DNA from: Octopus sinensis
Taxonomy: Eukaryota
Direction: 5' to 3'
Assembly (NCBI RefSeq): GCF_006345805.1
Contig: NW_021834334.1
Location: 1 to 50,329, forward strand
Length of the DNA: 50,329 nucleotides
Each line of letters opens with the position of its first letter. Positions within the stretch are counted from its first letter, which is position 1. Under the pieces are notes generated by a model. The model searched no databases. It was not told the DNA's origin and saw only the letters and a list, made by a program, of their open reading frames with translations. Below are positions 48,881-50,329 of the stretch, piece by piece. Position numbers and translations under genes: made by a program.

Positions 48881-49053
48881 CATATATACACACACATATA
48901 ATATGAATCAGCATATTTAGAATATTAAAATCATGTTTGCATGTAGTTATATATGTGGTTGTTGCATATATAGAGGTATTATGCGTGTATACATATATAT
49001 ATAGATACACAAATGTATATATGTATATGTATATATGTATTTATGTATGTATC

Positions 49054-49095
<42 letters not shown>

Positions 49096-49355
49096 CACAT
49101 ATATATACATGGATGTATAGAAGTATCTATCTATCTGTGTGTGTGTCTGTGTGTGTGTGTGTGTGTGTGTGCGTGTGCGAGCGTGTCTTTGTCTACTTCA
49201 GTGTCAAATTTTATATCAAATTCTGTATATTTGGATCTATGCACATGTACCGAAATTCCCGATTTCCTATGTATGTATGTATGCATACTTGTAATTATCT
49301 ACCCAGCTTTCTCCTCCCTCTCATCGTACACGCACACACACACGCCTACACGCGA

Positions 49356-49394
<39 letters not shown>

Positions 49395-49639
49395 ACACAC
49401 ACGCCTACACGCGAACGCACACACACACACACAGACACACACATATATGTATATATATAGTTGGTGGAAGCGCGTGTGTGAGTGTATATATATATACAAA
49501 CATACACCCACACACATATATATACATATTGATGTCTTTCTGTATTTCAGTCAATATACTTACCTACCTATTTTTCAAGATTAAAATTCAAGAGGGTATG
49601 TGTCAAATTTCCAGTATATACATACATGATATATATATA

Positions 49640-49685
<46 letters not shown>

Positions 49686-50329
49686 CTGTAATTATATACA
49701 TATACGTACATGCGTGTATGTGGGGCTGGGCTGTACCTGAAGGTACCTATCAATGATATATTAAGTGTCAGCAGTTAATTAGTGCAAACTGGCAAGTATA
49801 ATAGGTGCACACATACAAACTCTTGTGCATGTACATACACACAGACACACAGACACACACTCTCTCTCTCTCTTTCTCTCTCTCCCTCTCAATTATATAC
49901 CGATACATATTTATGTATATATATGCGTATTTGCACCTGTTCTCCTTGCAGATTTGCTCTAATTATCTGCTGATTATACCTACAAAGTTCATTCTACATA
50001 TATATTATTCAACCTAGAACTATCTTTACTGCCAACACAACACTCCGACCACCTCCACCACCACTCTCACCATTATCACCACCTCTATTCTTATAATGAT
50101 GTTTCTATCAATATTATATTCTTCACGTATCTTTTTACTGCACTTATCTTCTTTCGCAGCACAAAAAAAAAAAAATAAAAATAGAAAATAAAAATATACG
50201 ATATACAATGTTTTACATTCACACTTCTTGTATATTTTTGTATATTTCTGCATTTCGTGGATCACACACAAACCTACCCCATAGACAAACACACAATGAT
50301 ATACACAGGAATATATATATAAATACGAA

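Overview
This is an AT-rich, extremely microsatellite-dense animal genomic window, most likely intronic or intergenic. The SINE repertoire and repeat load suggest a coleoid cephalopod (Octopus-like); this is inference, not a database result. No host protein-coding gene, rRNA, true tRNA or CRISPR array is supportable, and almost all long ORFs are translations of simple repeats. The window is a mosaic of four tRNA-derived SINE types (about 30 copies or fragments) and decayed non-LTR retrotransposons: CR1/Jockey-group RT, RTE pieces including a bipartite 5'UTR+3'end element, an R4/Dong endonuclease fragment in (TAA)n and an L1/Tx1-like 3' end. It also holds a Penelope-like element (RT + GIY-YIG), an internally deleted mariner, a mariner-type MITE, a Helitron-like non-autonomous element, a ~550-bp (TAA)n-embedded repeat in four copies and an old ~34-bp minisatellite. 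The most notable signal is a dispersed set of about 9 minimal type I hammerhead-ribozyme motifs or relics of the kind carried in Penelope pseudo-LTRs, several inside foldback inverted repeats. The best one (28397-28429) abuts the Penelope RT and is structurally complete, but has a compensatory A3-U8 pair in place of the near-invariant C3-G8 core pair. All calls were made by eye; boundaries of degraded elements are approximate.
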